Assembly: GCA_965199855.1 (NCBI GenBank) | Contig: OZ241326.1 | Location: 1,312,001 to 1,376,000, forward strand | Length of the DNA: 64,000 nt | Direction: 5' to 3' | DNA from: a bacterium | GTDB taxonomy: Bacteria; UBA8248 | Shown here: one piece after another, positions 19,063 to 29,382 of the stretch | Layout: every line of letters begins with the position of its first letter | Numbering within the stretch: position 1 is the first letter of the stretch | The notes under the pieces: generated by a model | Seen by the model: the letters and a program-made list of their open reading frames with translations, nothing else | Database searches by the model: none | What the model was told of the DNA's origin: nothing | Program-made: the position numbers and the translations under genes

Positions 19063-20043
19063 ATGCGAGAGATCACTTTTGGGGAAGCGCTGAACGAGGC
19101 CCACCACGAGGAGATGGAGCGCGACGAGCGCGTCATCGTCCTGGGCGAGGACGTGGAGCTGGCCTACGTCTTCGGCGTGACGAAGGGCCTGGCCGAGAGG
19201 TTCGGCAAGGAGCGCGTGCGCGACACCCCCATCAGCGAGCTCGGCATCGTGGGCGCGGGCGTGGGCGCGGCCATGGCGGGCTACCGCCCCATCATCGAGA
19301 TCATGTTCATGGACTTCATCATGCTGGCGATGGACCCCCTCATCAACCAGGCGGCGAAGCTGCGCTACATGCTGGGCGGACAGCTGAGCGTGCCGCTCGT
19401 CGTGCGCACCCCGAGCGGCGGGGGCGTGCAATACGGCCCCACGCACAGCCAGTGCCTGGAGGCGTGGTTCATGCAGATGCCGGGCATCCGGGTGGCCGTC
19501 CCCAGCGACCCCGCCGACGCGAAGGGGCTGATGAAGGCGGCGGTCCGCGACGACAACCCCGTGCTCCTCGTCGAGCACAAGATGCTCTACAAGATGAAGG
19601 GCGCCCTGCCCGAGGGCGACCGCGTCCTCCCCTTCGGCCAGGCCGCCGTGAAGCGCGAGGGCGGCGACATCACCCTCATCGGCGTGGGCTACCAGGTCCA
19701 CAACTGCCTCGCGGCGGCCGAGACGCTGGAGAAGGAGGGCGTGAGCGCGGAGGTGGTGGACCCCAGGACGCTCGCCCCCCTCGACACCGCGGCCATGGCC
19801 GAATCCGTCCGCAAGACGAGCCGCTGCGTCATCGTCGAGGAGGGGCATCTGCGCAGCGGGGCGGGCTCCGAGATCGCGGCGGCGGTTCAGGAGGAGGCGT
19901 TCGACTATCTGGACGCCCCCATCGGCCGCGTGGCCGCCCTCGAGGCGCCCATCCCCTTCGAGCCGCGCCTCGAGGACTTCGTGCTGCCCAACGCCGCCAA
20001 CGTCGTCGAGGCCGCCCGCAAGGCGCTGGGAGCCGTGGTTTAG
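19063..20043 (+). CDS. TPP-dependent dehydrogenase E1 beta subunit (AcoB/PdhB-like)
   Basis: LGEDV, DTPISE, EIMFMDF, HSQ, DPRTLAPLD, LDAPI.RV. Confidence 0.94.
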   Translation: MREITFGEALNEAHHEEMERDERVIVLGEDVELAYVFGVTKGLAERFGKERVRDTPISELGIVGAGVGAAMAGYRPIIEIMFMDFIMLAMDPLINQAAKLRYMLGGQLSVPLVVRTPSGGGVQYGPTHSQCLEAWFMQMPGIRVAVPSDPADAKGLMKAAVRDDNPVLLVEHKMLYKMKGALPEGDRVLPFGQAAVKREGGDITLIGVGYQVHNCLAAAETLEKEGVSAEVVDPRTLAPLDTAAMAESVRKTSRCVIVEEGHLRSGAGSEIAAAVQEEAFDYLDAPIGRVAALEAPIPFEPRLEDFVLPNAANVVEAARKALGAVV

Positions 20044-20209
20044 GGGGAGGGAGGCGGCGGGTGAAAGATCGTGAAAATATGCGCTAATATCGCCGCAGGG
20101 GGCCGGCGAGGGCCGCCTCGTCCGCTTCGGGGAGGCGGACGCCGCCCCCGGGCGCGCCGAAAAGAAGGCCGCTGACCGAATCTTCCAGCCGGGAGGCATC
20201 GAGGACGCC

Positions 20210-21535
20210 GTGCTTCGTCAAGCCGTTTTCGTCATTCTGGCCGTCCTGGTTCTCGCGGCCGGCGGGTGGGCGACGAGGTGGCTCGTTCTGAACCAGCCCG
20301 TCGCCAAGGTCGCCGCCCCCCCCGCTCCGCGCCGGATCGTGCGCGTCATGCGCCTCAAGAAGCAGGACAGGACGCTCTGGGTGAAGGGCTACGGCTCCGT
20401 GCGGCCCAAGACGGAGCTCTCCGTCGCGCCCCAGGTCTCCGGCCGGGTGGTGAGGCGCGCCCCCGGCTTCAGGACGGGCGGCTTCATCCGGAAGGGGGCG
20501 CTGCTCTTCCAGATCGACCCGGCGGACTACCGCCTCGAAATCGAGCGGCGCAGGGCGGAGATCGTCCGGCTCGAGGCGGACGCCGCCCGCCTCGATCAGG
20601 AGGAGAAGAACTACGACGCCGACCTCGCCATCGCCGAGCGGCACATGAAGGTGGTGAGCGAGGAAGTGCGGCGCAACAGGAGGCTCAGGGGGCAGGGCGT
20701 CATCTCCGCCGGCCAGTATGATCAGTCGCGCCGGAGTTTTCTGCAGCAGGAGATGACGGTTCAGTCCATCCGCAACGCCTTGGCGCTCCTGCCCGTCCGG
20801 CGGATGCAGAAGCGCGCCGCGCTGGAGGCGAGCCGCGCCGCGCTCAGGAAGGCGCGCCTGGAGCTCTCCCGCGCGAGCGTCCGCGCCCCCTTCGACGCGC
20901 GGGTGCGCGAGACGAGCCTGGACGTGGGCGACTTCGCCAGCGCGGGCAGGCCGGTGGGCGTCATCTACGACGTCTCGGCGCTCGAGGTTCCGGTGTCGCT
21001 CCCGGTCGAGGACGCGCGCTGGGCGCTCCCGCGGGCGCGGGGCGCGCTCTTTCCGCGCGACGGGGAGGGGGAGAAGCCCCCCCTGCCCGCCGCCCGGGTG
21101 TCCTGGAGCCGGCTCGGCAGGAAATTCGAGTGGGAGGGCCGCGTCTCCCTCGTGGAGGCCGGGCTGGACGCCTCCACGCGCGCCCTCACCCTCGTGGTGG
21201 AGGTGTCCGAGTCCGCGGAGAGCCGCGCGTCCGGCGAGCGCCCTCCCCTGTTCGTGGGCATGTTCGTTCAGGCGGCGATCGAGGGGGCGGCGCTGCGCGG
21301 CGTGTTCGTGATTCCGCGCGCCGCCCTGCGCGCGGAGGACCGCGTCTATCTCCTGGATGAGGGCAGGCTGCGGATAGCGAAGGCCGAGGTCGTCCGCAAG
21401 GAGGAGGAGGGCGCGGTGATCCGGGGCGGCGTGAGCGAGGGCGACCTGCTCATTCTCTCCCCCGTTCCCGACCCGATTCCCGGCATGAGGCTCGAGGCGC
21501 GCGCCGGGGACGCCGCCGGAGGCGCCGCGCGATGA
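20210..21535 (+). CDS. RND efflux periplasmic adaptor (membrane fusion protein)
   Basis: N-terminal TM, APQVSGRV, coiled coil, VRAPFD, LFVGMFV. Confidence 0.9.
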   Translation: MLRQAVFVILAVLVLAAGGWATRWLVLNQPVAKVAAPPAPRRIVRVMRLKKQDRTLWVKGYGSVRPKTELSVAPQVSGRVVRRAPGFRTGGFIRKGALLFQIDPADYRLEIERRRAEIVRLEADAARLDQEEKNYDADLAIAERHMKVVSEEVRRNRRLRGQGVISAGQYDQSRRSFLQQEMTVQSIRNALALLPVRRMQKRAALEASRAALRKARLELSRASVRAPFDARVRETSLDVGDFASAGRPVGVIYDVSALEVPVSLPVEDARWALPRARGALFPRDGEGEKPPLPAARVSWSRLGRKFEWEGRVSLVEAGLDASTRALTLVVEVSESAESRASGERPPLFVGMFVQAAIEGAALRGVFVIPRAALRAEDRVYLLDEGRLRIAKAEVVRKEEEGAVIRGGVSEGDLLILSPVPDPIPGMRLEARAGDAAGGAAR

Positions 21536-24500
21536 GCGGCTTCATCGCCTGGAGCGCCCGCAACACCGTCTTCGCCAACCTGCTGATGAGCATCCTCATC
21601 GTCGTCGGCGTCGTCGCCGTCTTCCAGATCAGGAGCGAGCTGCTCCCCCAGTTCGCCCTCGACAGGGTGAGCGTGAGCGTGGCGTGGGAGGGCGCCAGCC
21701 CCGAGGAGGTGGAAGAGGGCGTCTGCATCAAGATCGAGGAGGCGCTCACCGGCGTGGAGGGCGTGAAGAAGATCACCTCCATCGCCTACGAGCAGCGCTG
21801 CTCCGTGATGGTGGAGCTCTACGCCTGGGTGAAGAACCCCCGGGAGGCGATGGAGGACATCAAGAGCGAGATCGACCGCATCCGCACGCTTCCCGCCGAC
21901 GTCGAGAGCCCCGTCGTCACCGAGGTGAAGCGCGTCAACCAGGTCGTCCACGTCTCGCTTTACGGAGACGTTCCCGAGCGGCTGCTCAAGCGCCGGGCCA
22001 TCGAGATCAAGGACGAGCTCATCGACATTCCCGACATCTCCCGAATCGTGACGCGCGGGCTGAGGGAGTGGGAGATCTCCATCGAGGTCTCCGAGGAGTC
22101 CCTCCGCCGCCACGGCCTCACCTTCGAGCGGCTCTCGGACGTCATCCGCAGGAACGTGCTCGAGCTCTCGGGCGGGGACATCCGCTCGCCCGAGCGCAGA
22201 ATCCGCATCCGCACGCTGGGCAAGCGCTACACGGGGCGCGAGTTCGAGCGCCTCGAAATCCTCACCCGCGAGAACGGGGCGGTTCTCCGGCTCGGCGACG
22301 TCGCCCGCGTGGTGGACGGCTTCGAGGACAGCGACAGGACGGGGCGCTTCAACGGGAAGCCGGGCGCGCTCGTCACGGTCATGCGCACCGAGGAGGAGGA
22401 CGCCGTCGCCATCGCCGGGAAAGTGGATGAATACGTGAAGAAAAAGCGCGCGGAGCTGCCCGAGGGGCTGCATATCGACTCCTGGGCGGACGTGTCGCGC
22501 CTGATCAGGGACAGGCTCAGCCTGCTTCTTCGCAACGGGCGCATCGGCCTCGTCCTCGTCTTCCTCTCGCTGTGGCTGTTTCTGAACATCCGCCTCTCCT
22601 TCTGGGTGGCGATGGGCATTCCCGTCGCCCTGCTGGCCTCGCTCGGGTTCCTGAGCTTCTCCGGCGGCTCGCTCAACATGCTCACCATGTTCGCCTTCAT
22701 CATGGTGCTGGGCATCGTGGTGGACGACGCCATCGTCGTGGCCGAGAACATCTACTCCCACATGCAGCGGGGAAAGCCGCCGGTGCAGGCCGCCATCGAC
22801 GGCTGCCTCGAGGTGCTGCGGCCGGTGACGGCCACGGTCGTTACCTCCATCGTCGCCTTCATCCCCCTGATGATGATCGAGGGAACCATCGGGAAGTTCA
22901 TGGCGGTGCTTCCGGCGGCCATCATCGCCGCCCTCATCGCCTCCCTCATCGAGTCGCTCTTCGTTCTGCCGGCGCACCTGGGCCACTGGGTGCGCCCGCC
23001 CCGGGAGCGCACGATCGCCGCGCGGCTCCGGGGCGCCGTGGACGGGGCGATGGACTGGCTCATCCACGTCTGCTACGCGCGGATTCTGCGCTTCTGCCTG
23101 AGCGCGAGATACCTCGTCGTCGCCCTCGCCGTGGCGACCTTCATGGTGACGATGGGGCTGGCGATAGGCGGGCACGCGCGCTTCCTGTTCTTCCCGAAGT
23201 TCGACTCGGACTTCATCGAGTCCAGGCTCCTGTTTCCGCAGGGAACCCCGATTGAGCGCACGCGCGCCGCGGCGCGGCGCATCGAGGCGGCGGCGCTCTC
23301 GCTCAACGAGTCGCTGCGCTCGAAGACGGGCGAGCCGGTCGTCCGGAAGGTGTTCACGGCGCTGGGCGAGCAGGTGGGCGAGGGCGGCAGGAGCGTCGGA
23401 CAGGGAAGCCACACGGCGCAGGTCATCGTAGAGCTGCTGCCCTCGGAGGACAGGGGAATCGCCTCGGAGGAGATCACCGCGCGCTGGCGCGCCGGCGCGG
23501 GCGAGGTGGCCGACGTCATCAGCCTCACGTTCGGCTCCTCGCGGAACCGGCCGCTCGGCGGCAAGGCCATCCAGGTGCAGTTCTACGGCGAGGAGGTCGG
23601 GCCGATCCGCGGCGCGGCGCTCGCCCTCCGCGAGCGGCTGCGGAAATACCCGGGCGTCTATGAGATTCAGGACGACTTCCGCCCCGGCAAGTTCGAGTTC
23701 CAGGCCTCGCTCAAGCCGCAGGCGCGCTCGCTGGGCGTGAGCCTGGAGAATCTGGCGCGGCAGCTGCGCGCGCGCTTCTTCGGGCTGGAGGTTCTGCGCC
23801 TCCAGCGCGGGCGCGACGACGTGAAGGTGAAGCTGCGCTATCCGCCGGAGGAGCGGCGCTCCCTGGAGGACGTGCGGAACGCGAGAATCATCACCGCCTC
23901 GGGCGCGGAGATTCCCTTCGGCGAGGCCGCGGAGGTGAGGATCGTCCGGGGGCTGGACGAGATCAAGCGCGTGGACAGGCGGCGGGTGGTCACCGTGACG
24001 GCCGACGTGGACCCCGACCGCGCCAATCCCACCGAGGTGATGAACGACCTGCGGGCGAATTTCCTGCCCGGCCTCCCAGGGCGCTTCGAGGGGGTGCGCT
24101 TCCGAATCGAGGGCCACGCGAAGGAGACGAAGGACTCGACCGCCAGCCTGTTCCGCGGCTTCGCCCTCGCGGCGGCCATCATTTTCGCCGTCCTCGCCAC
24201 GCTGTTCCGAAGCTACTTCCAGCCCCTGATCGTGATGAGCGCCATTCCCTTCGGGATCGTGGGCGCGATATGGGGACACATCATCATGGGCTACGACATC
24301 TCCATCCTGAGCATGATGGGCATCGTGGCGCTCTCGGGCGTCGTGGTGAACGACTCCCTCGTGCTGCTGGACTTCGCGAACCAGCGCGTCGCGGACGGCA
24401 TGGAGGTCGAGGAGGCGCTCCATCTGGCCGGCGTCTCCAGGTGGCGGGCGGTGATTATCACGACGCTCACGACGGCGGCGGGGCTGGGGCCGATGATGCT

Positions 24501-24717
24501 CGAGCGCAGCTTCCAGGCGCAGTTCCTGGTGCCCATGGCGATCAGCATGTGCTTCGGCCTGCTGTTCGCCACGGTCATCACCCTCGTCCTCGTCCCGGTG
24601 ATCTCCCTCATCGGAAACGACGTCGGGCGCCTTTGCTGGCGCGTCCGCGCGGGCGCGTGGCTGACGAGGGAGGAGGTGGACGCCCACTCCCCGCAGAGAG
24701 TACGGGCGCGCGCCTGA
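21532..24717 (+). CDS. RND efflux permease (AcrB/AcrD/AcrF family)
   Basis: 1061 aa with two TM clusters; GIVVDDAIVVAEN, GVVVNDSLVL. Confidence 0.94.
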   Translation: MSGFIAWSARNTVFANLLMSILIVVGVVAVFQIRSELLPQFALDRVSVSVAWEGASPEEVEEGVCIKIEEALTGVEGVKKITSIAYEQRCSVMVELYAWVKNPREAMEDIKSEIDRIRTLPADVESPVVTEVKRVNQVVHVSLYGDVPERLLKRRAIEIKDELIDIPDISRIVTRGLREWEISIEVSEESLRRHGLTFERLSDVIRRNVLELSGGDIRSPERRIRIRTLGKRYTGREFERLEILTRENGAVLRLGDVARVVDGFEDSDRTGRFNGKPGALVTVMRTEEEDAVAIAGKVDEYVKKKRAELPEGLHIDSWADVSRLIRDRLSLLLRNGRIGLVLVFLSLWLFLNIRLSFWVAMGIPVALLASLGFLSFSGGSLNMLTMFAFIMVLGIVVDDAIVVAENIYSHMQRGKPPVQAAIDGCLEVLRPVTATVVTSIVAFIPLMMIEGTIGKFMAVLPAAIIAALIASLIESLFVLPAHLGHWVRPPRERTIAARLRGAVDGAMDWLIHVCYARILRFCLSARYLVVALAVATFMVTMGLAIGGHARFLFFPKFDSDFIESRLLFPQGTPIERTRAAARRIEAAALSLNESLRSKTGEPVVRKVFTALGEQVGEGGRSVGQGSHTAQVIVELLPSEDRGIASEEITARWRAGAGEVADVISLTFGSSRNRPLGGKAIQVQFYGEEVGPIRGAALALRERLRKYPGVYEIQDDFRPGKFEFQASLKPQARSLGVSLENLARQLRARFFGLEVLRLQRGRDDVKVKLRYPPEERRSLEDVRNARIITASGAEIPFGEAAEVRIVRGLDEIKRVDRRRVVTVTADVDPDRANPTEVMNDLRANFLPGLPGRFEGVRFRIEGHAKETKDSTASLFRGFALAAAIIFAVLATLFRSYFQPLIVMSAIPFGIVGAIWGHIIMGYDISILSMMGIVALSGVVVNDSLVLLDFANQRVADGMEVEEALHLAGVSRWRAVIITTLTTAAGLGPMMLERSFQAQFLVPMAISMCFGLLFATVITLVLVPVISLIGNDVGRLCWRVRAGAWLTREEVDAHSPQRVRARA

Positions 24718-24821
24718 TGCGCTAGACTTGCGGGGCGGCTCCATCGCCCCGCCCCGCGCGCGGGGGAAACGTTCCGGCGGCTCCCGCGCCGCCGCTCCGA
24801 AGAAGCAAGGAGAGCGAATTC

Positions 24822-25921
24822 ATGCCTTCGCGGTTCGACGTTCGCTACGGCGAGGAGGTGGGGGACAGGATGGAGGCGGTCGTGATGACCGCCCCCGGCG
24901 AGCTCGAGGTCCGGTCGGTTCCCGTCCCCGAACCCGATATAGGAGAAGTCCTCGTCAAGGTGGAATGCGCGACGATCTGCGGCACGGACGTCGAGATTAT
25001 CAAGGGAAGCCACCTTCCGCGCTGGCCGCCCCGCCTGCCGGCGATTCTGGGGCACGAGTGGGCGGGGAGAATCGTCGCCATGGGCCCGATGACCGAGGGC
25101 TTCGGCCTCGAGATGGGCGACGCCGTGGCGGGGACGAGCCACGCGGGCTGCGGCGCCTGCCGCATGTGCCTCATCGGCCGCTACAACCTCTGCTTCAACT
25201 ACGGAAACGAGGCGACCGGCCACAGGCAATACGGGCACGTCTCGCAGGGCGCCTACGCGGAGTACGTCGCCAACAACGTCCGCGCCCTGCACCGGATGCC
25301 CGAGGGAATGTCCTTCGAGCATGGCTCGGCGGTGGACCCGGCGGGTTGCGGCCTGTGGACGGCGAAGCGCGCGGGCGTCAACCCCGGCGATACGGTCGTG
25401 GTGCTGGGCTCGGGGCCCATCGGCGTCTTCGCCTACGAGTCGGCGCGCGCGCTGGGGGCGGGCCGCGTCATCGTCGTGGGCGGCGGCAGGCGGCTCGAGA
25501 TTCTGGCGGAGCAGGGCGCGGAGGTCGTGAACTACCGGGAGGGCGGCGTGCCCGAGCGCATCGGGGAGATGACCGAGGGCGCGGGGCGAACGTCGTGCTC
25601 GAGACGGCGGGCTCCACGGAGAGCTTCAAATGGAGCGTGGACTGCGGCGGCAAGGGGGCGCGCGTGGCCATCACCGGCATCCCGGAGAACATCCCCGACC
25701 TGGCGTGGAGGCGCGTGGTGCTCGAGGAGATGGATGTATTCGGGGTGCGGGCGAACCCGAACTGCGGGGACGAGGCGATAGCCCTCATCCACGCGGGCAG
25801 AATCCGGGTGGACCCCTACGTCACGCACCGCTTCGCGCTCAAGGACTACCAGGAGGCGCACGACGCCTTCGCCGCGCGCAGGGACGGCGCCCTGCTCGTG
25901 AACCTCACGCCGGGAGCCTAG
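24822..25921 (+). pseudogene. Zn-dependent alcohol/threonine dehydrogenase-like gene with a single frameshift near 25577 (pseudogene or sequencing indel)
   Basis: ICGTD, GHEW, C..C..C.......C and GSGPIG in one frame. GRGANVVLETAG...THRFAL continues in the -1 frame. Adding one G to GAGGG (25575-25579) restores ...MTEGRGANVV... Confidence 0.8.
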
Positions 25922-25927
25922 GCGAAA

Positions 25928-26329
25928 ATGGCGCAAGACGGGATGAAATACGGCGCGAGGATGATAGCGGAGGCCAGGCTCGAGACCGCGCCGAACCCCT
26001 CGAAGGGGCGCGACTACGTCGTCGAGTTCGAGATTCCCGAGTTCACCTGCCTCTGCCCGATCAGCAATTTTCCCGACTTCGCGACCATTCGCGTCAAATA
26101 CGTCCCGGCGGAGAAGATCGTGGAGTTGAAATCTCTCAAACTCTACATCAATAATTACCGGGATCGGGAAATTTTCCACGAGCAGGCGGTGACCGAGATT
26201 CTGGGCGACCTGGTGGCGGCCTGCGCGCCCAGGTGGGCGTGGGTGGAGGGCGACTTCAACGTGCGCGGAAACATCAAGACCCGCGTTCGCGCCGCCCACG
26301 GCGAGCGGCCGCCGGGGGCGCCCGAGTAG
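25928..26329 (+). CDS. queF: NADPH-dependent preQ0 reductase (7-cyano-7-deazaguanine reductase), type I
   Basis: PEFTCLCP...PDFA, VELKSLKLY, FHE, FNVRG. Confidence 0.94.
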   Translation: MAQDGMKYGARMIAEARLETAPNPSKGRDYVVEFEIPEFTCLCPISNFPDFATIRVKYVPAEKIVELKSLKLYINNYRDREIFHEQAVTEILGDLVAACAPRWAWVEGDFNVRGNIKTRVRAAHGERPPGAPE

Positions 26330-26431
26330 GGGCGCGGCCGGAGGGCGGGCGAACCGGAGGGGCTCCCGCGCGAATGCGGGGAAAATGGGAAAAGCGAGAA
26401 TCTTTCAGCCGCATATCTCCATGAGGTGAAC

Positions 26432-28681
26432 ATGACGGACTACAAGGTGGCGGGCCTGGGCCACGCCCGAATCGACGCGCCGGACAAGGCGGCCGGAAGC
26501 GCGCAATACGCGGCGGACGTGCCCTCGGGCCGCGCGCTGACGGGCCTCGTTCTGGGAAGCCCGCACGCTTACGCGAAGGTCAAGAGCGTGGACGCCGCCG
26601 AGGCGCGGCGGGTCCCCGGCGTCCGCGCCGTTCTCACGCGCGAGGAGGCGCCCCGCATCCGCTTCGGGGCGAACATCAAGGATCAGAGCTGGTTCGCCCA
26701 GGACGGCTTCGTCCGCTACGGCGGGGAGCCGGTGGCCGCCGCCGCCGCCGAGGACGTGGACGCCGCCCAGGCGGCGCTCGAGCTGATTCGCGTGGAATAC
26801 GAGCCGCTCGAGCCCGTGGTGGACGGCCTTGCGAGCCGCGCCGGGGAGGGCCTCGCCGTCCACGAGGACTGGCGAAAGCTGAACCTCGGCCCGGGCGGGA
26901 AGAAGAACGTCATCGCCCGCTTCGAGAAGGAAATCGGGGACGCGGACGCGGGCTTCCGCGAGGCGGATCGCGTCTTCGAGCACGCCTTCTCCACCCCGTT
27001 CGTCCACGCCGGCTACATCGAGCCGCACGCCTGCGCGGCCGAGGCGGGCGCGGACGGGAAGGTCACCATCTGGACGACCACCCAGGACGCCTGGGCGATC
27101 CGCGCGGACGTGGCCGAGGCGCTCGGGGTTCCGGCGACGCGGGTGCGCGTCGTCCCCACGGAGATCGGCGGCGGCTTCGGCGCGAAGCTCAAGAGCGTCT
27201 ATGAGCACATCGCCGCGCTTCTGGCGCTCAGGACGGGCCGCCCCGTGCGCATGGAGATGAGCCGCGAGGCGGACCACGCCGGCGTGAACCCCAGGCATCC
27301 GCACTTCATCACCATCCGCACGGGCGTGAAGAACGACGGGACGCTCACCGCGCGCGAGCTCGACGTCACGATGGATCACGGCGCCTACGGGCGGGGGGCG
27401 CCGTTTCAGTGCAGCAGCAAGATGCTCATGGGCTCCTCCTCCTACCGCATTCCCAACGTGCGGATTCGCGCCTGCACCGTCTACACCAACGGGCCCGTCT
27501 GCGGCCCGGTGCGCGCCCCGAGCGGCCCCCAGTATCACTTCGCCACCGAGGTGCAGATGGACATCATCGCGCGCGAGATGGGCATCGATCCCCTGGAGAT
27601 CAGGCGAATCAACGCGCTGCGCCCCGGGGACGAGACGCTCGCCGGCGCGGAGGCGAACCCCTCCATGCGCGGCGTGCTCGACTCGACGGCGGCCGAGAGC
27701 CGGTGGGGCGGACGCCCCGAGGCGAACGGCGCGCTCGAGGGCGAGGGCTGGAAGCTCGGGCGCGGCATCGCCTGCGGCTACTGGCCGGGGCCGGGCGAGG
27801 CGTCCAGCTGCTCCGCCCGCCTGAACCAGGACGGCACCGTCCACGTGATCGCGGGGACGGTGAACCTCACCGGCATGAGCACCTCCATCTGCCAGCTGGC
27901 GGCGGAGGAGCTGGGCGTGAGCCTCGACGCGGTGCGCTACGTGAGCGGCGACACGGATTCCGTACCCGAATCCTCGGCGGCGTCGGGCAGCAAGGCGACG
28001 CGCGCGGTGGGCATGGCGGCGCTCGCCGCGGCGCGCGACCTGCGCGAGAAGATTCTGAGCGTGGCGGGCGTTGCGCTCGAGGCGTCGGCGGACGATCTGG
28101 TTCTCGAGGACGGGCGGGTGAAGGTCGCCTCGGCGCCGGATCGCTCCCTCACCCTCGCGGAGGCGGCGCAGGCGGCGCCCGCGATTCAGGGGTTCCTCAT
28201 CGGGCAGGGCGAGAGCGCGAAGCCGCCCCCGTGTCCGATACACACCGCGCAGGTGGCGGACGTGGCCGTCCACCCCGAGCTCGGCGAAATCCGGGTGCTG
28301 CGCCTCACGTGCGTGCAGGACGTGGGCTTCGCCATCAACCCGCTCTCCGTGGTCGGGCAGATCGAAGGCGCGATGCTCCAGGGGCTGGGCCTCGCCCTCA
28401 TGGAGGAGCAGCCCCGCCGCCCGGACGGAAACCTCCACGGCGAGACCCTGCACGAATACCTCCTCCCCACGAGCATGGACGTGCCGGAGCTCCGCGCCGT
28501 CCTCTACGACAACCCGGCCGAGGACACGCCCTACGGGATGCGGGGGGTGGGGGAGCCGCCCATCGTGGCGACGGCCGCCGCCATCGTGAACGCGATTCAG
28601 GACGCCGTGGGAGCCCCCGTGTTCTCCCTGCCCGTCGGCCCCCACCACATACGCGAGGCGCTGGCGGGGAGCGGCGCGTGA
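26432..28681 (+). CDS. Xanthine dehydrogenase/CoxL family molybdopterin-binding large subunit
   Basis: VRYGGEPVA, HAGYIEP, IGGGFGAK, active-site loop PVRAPSGPQ, QIEGAMLQG, RGVGEPP. GAGGTG RBS. Confidence 0.93.
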   Translation: MTDYKVAGLGHARIDAPDKAAGSAQYAADVPSGRALTGLVLGSPHAYAKVKSVDAAEARRVPGVRAVLTREEAPRIRFGANIKDQSWFAQDGFVRYGGEPVAAAAAEDVDAAQAALELIRVEYEPLEPVVDGLASRAGEGLAVHEDWRKLNLGPGGKKNVIARFEKEIGDADAGFREADRVFEHAFSTPFVHAGYIEPHACAAEAGADGKVTIWTTTQDAWAIRADVAEALGVPATRVRVVPTEIGGGFGAKLKSVYEHIAALLALRTGRPVRMEMSREADHAGVNPRHPHFITIRTGVKNDGTLTARELDVTMDHGAYGRGAPFQCSSKMLMGSSSYRIPNVRIRACTVYTNGPVCGPVRAPSGPQYHFATEVQMDIIAREMGIDPLEIRRINALRPGDETLAGAEANPSMRGVLDSTAAESRWGGRPEANGALEGEGWKLGRGIACGYWPGPGEASSCSARLNQDGTVHVIAGTVNLTGMSTSICQLAAEELGVSLDAVRYVSGDTDSVPESSAASGSKATRAVGMAALAAARDLREKILSVAGVALEASADDLVLEDGRVKVASAPDRSLTLAEAAQAAPAIQGFLIGQGESAKPPPCPIHTAQVADVAVHPELGEIRVLRLTCVQDVGFAINPLSVVGQIEGAMLQGLGLALMEEQPRRPDGNLHGETLHEYLLPTSMDVPELRAVLYDNPAEDTPYGMRGVGEPPIVATAAAIVNAIQDAVGAPVFSLPVGPHHIREALAGSGA

Positions 28682-28716
28682 AGCCCGTCCGAACCTTCCT
28701 GTGAGGAGAGAATCCC

Positions 28717-29382
28717 ATGCCCGTGGACGAAGCGACGAGCCTGCCCGACAGCCTGGGCGTGACCGACGAGATGATGGCGTGTCCGCTGCCGCGCCTGCCC
28801 TTCGTCGCGCCCGAAGCCGTGCCCGATGAACTGAAGGAGGAGCTCGACCCCCTCTATGCGTGGGCGAAGCGGATGTGGGGCACCGTCCCGCGCTTCCTCC
28901 AGCTGCTGGGAAATTCGCCCCCCACCGTGGAGGGGTGGATGCTGCTCGACCAGAAGCTGCGCACGAACCGTCTGAAGACGGAGCCGGACTACATCCGCCT
29001 CATGGAGCTCGTCATCGTCAAGACGGCCATCCTCACGGAGTGCAACAACTGAATCGGGCACAACGTGGAGCTCGGTCGGGCTCTGGGCCTCAGCCAGGAG
29101 CAGATCAACCTGCTCGAGGGCGACGGCTGGCGGGACAGCGAGGCGTTCGACGAGAAGGAGAAGGCCGTCGTCCGGTGGGCGGACGAGGTCTCGAAGCTCA
29201 CGGCGAAGAACAACGACTTCGCCTTCGCCGAGATGAAGAAGCACTTCACCGATCGCCAGATCGTGGAGCTCACCTTCATCTGCGGCATGTGGCACCTCTC
29301 GGGCAGGCTCGCCGAGGCGCTTCACCTGGTGGTGGAGCCTCCGGGCGGGCGCATCGAATTTCAGAAAGAGGACATGGCGTAG
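28717..29382 (+). CDS. AhpD/carboxymuconolactone-decarboxylase fold selenoprotein (CxxU, Sec112)
   Basis: ORFs 28717-29052 and 29065-29382 share a frame, separated by TGA 29050-29052. Read-through gives ELVIVKTAILTE-C-N-N-U-IGHNVELGRALG, with U at the second Cys of the AhpD CxxC..H motif. SECIS-like hairpin follows. Confidence 0.88.
29068..29083 (+). promoter_or_regulatory. Putative bacterial SECIS element
   Basis: GAGCTC-GGTC-GGGCTC hairpin; loop G at +22 after the UGA. Confidence 0.7.
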
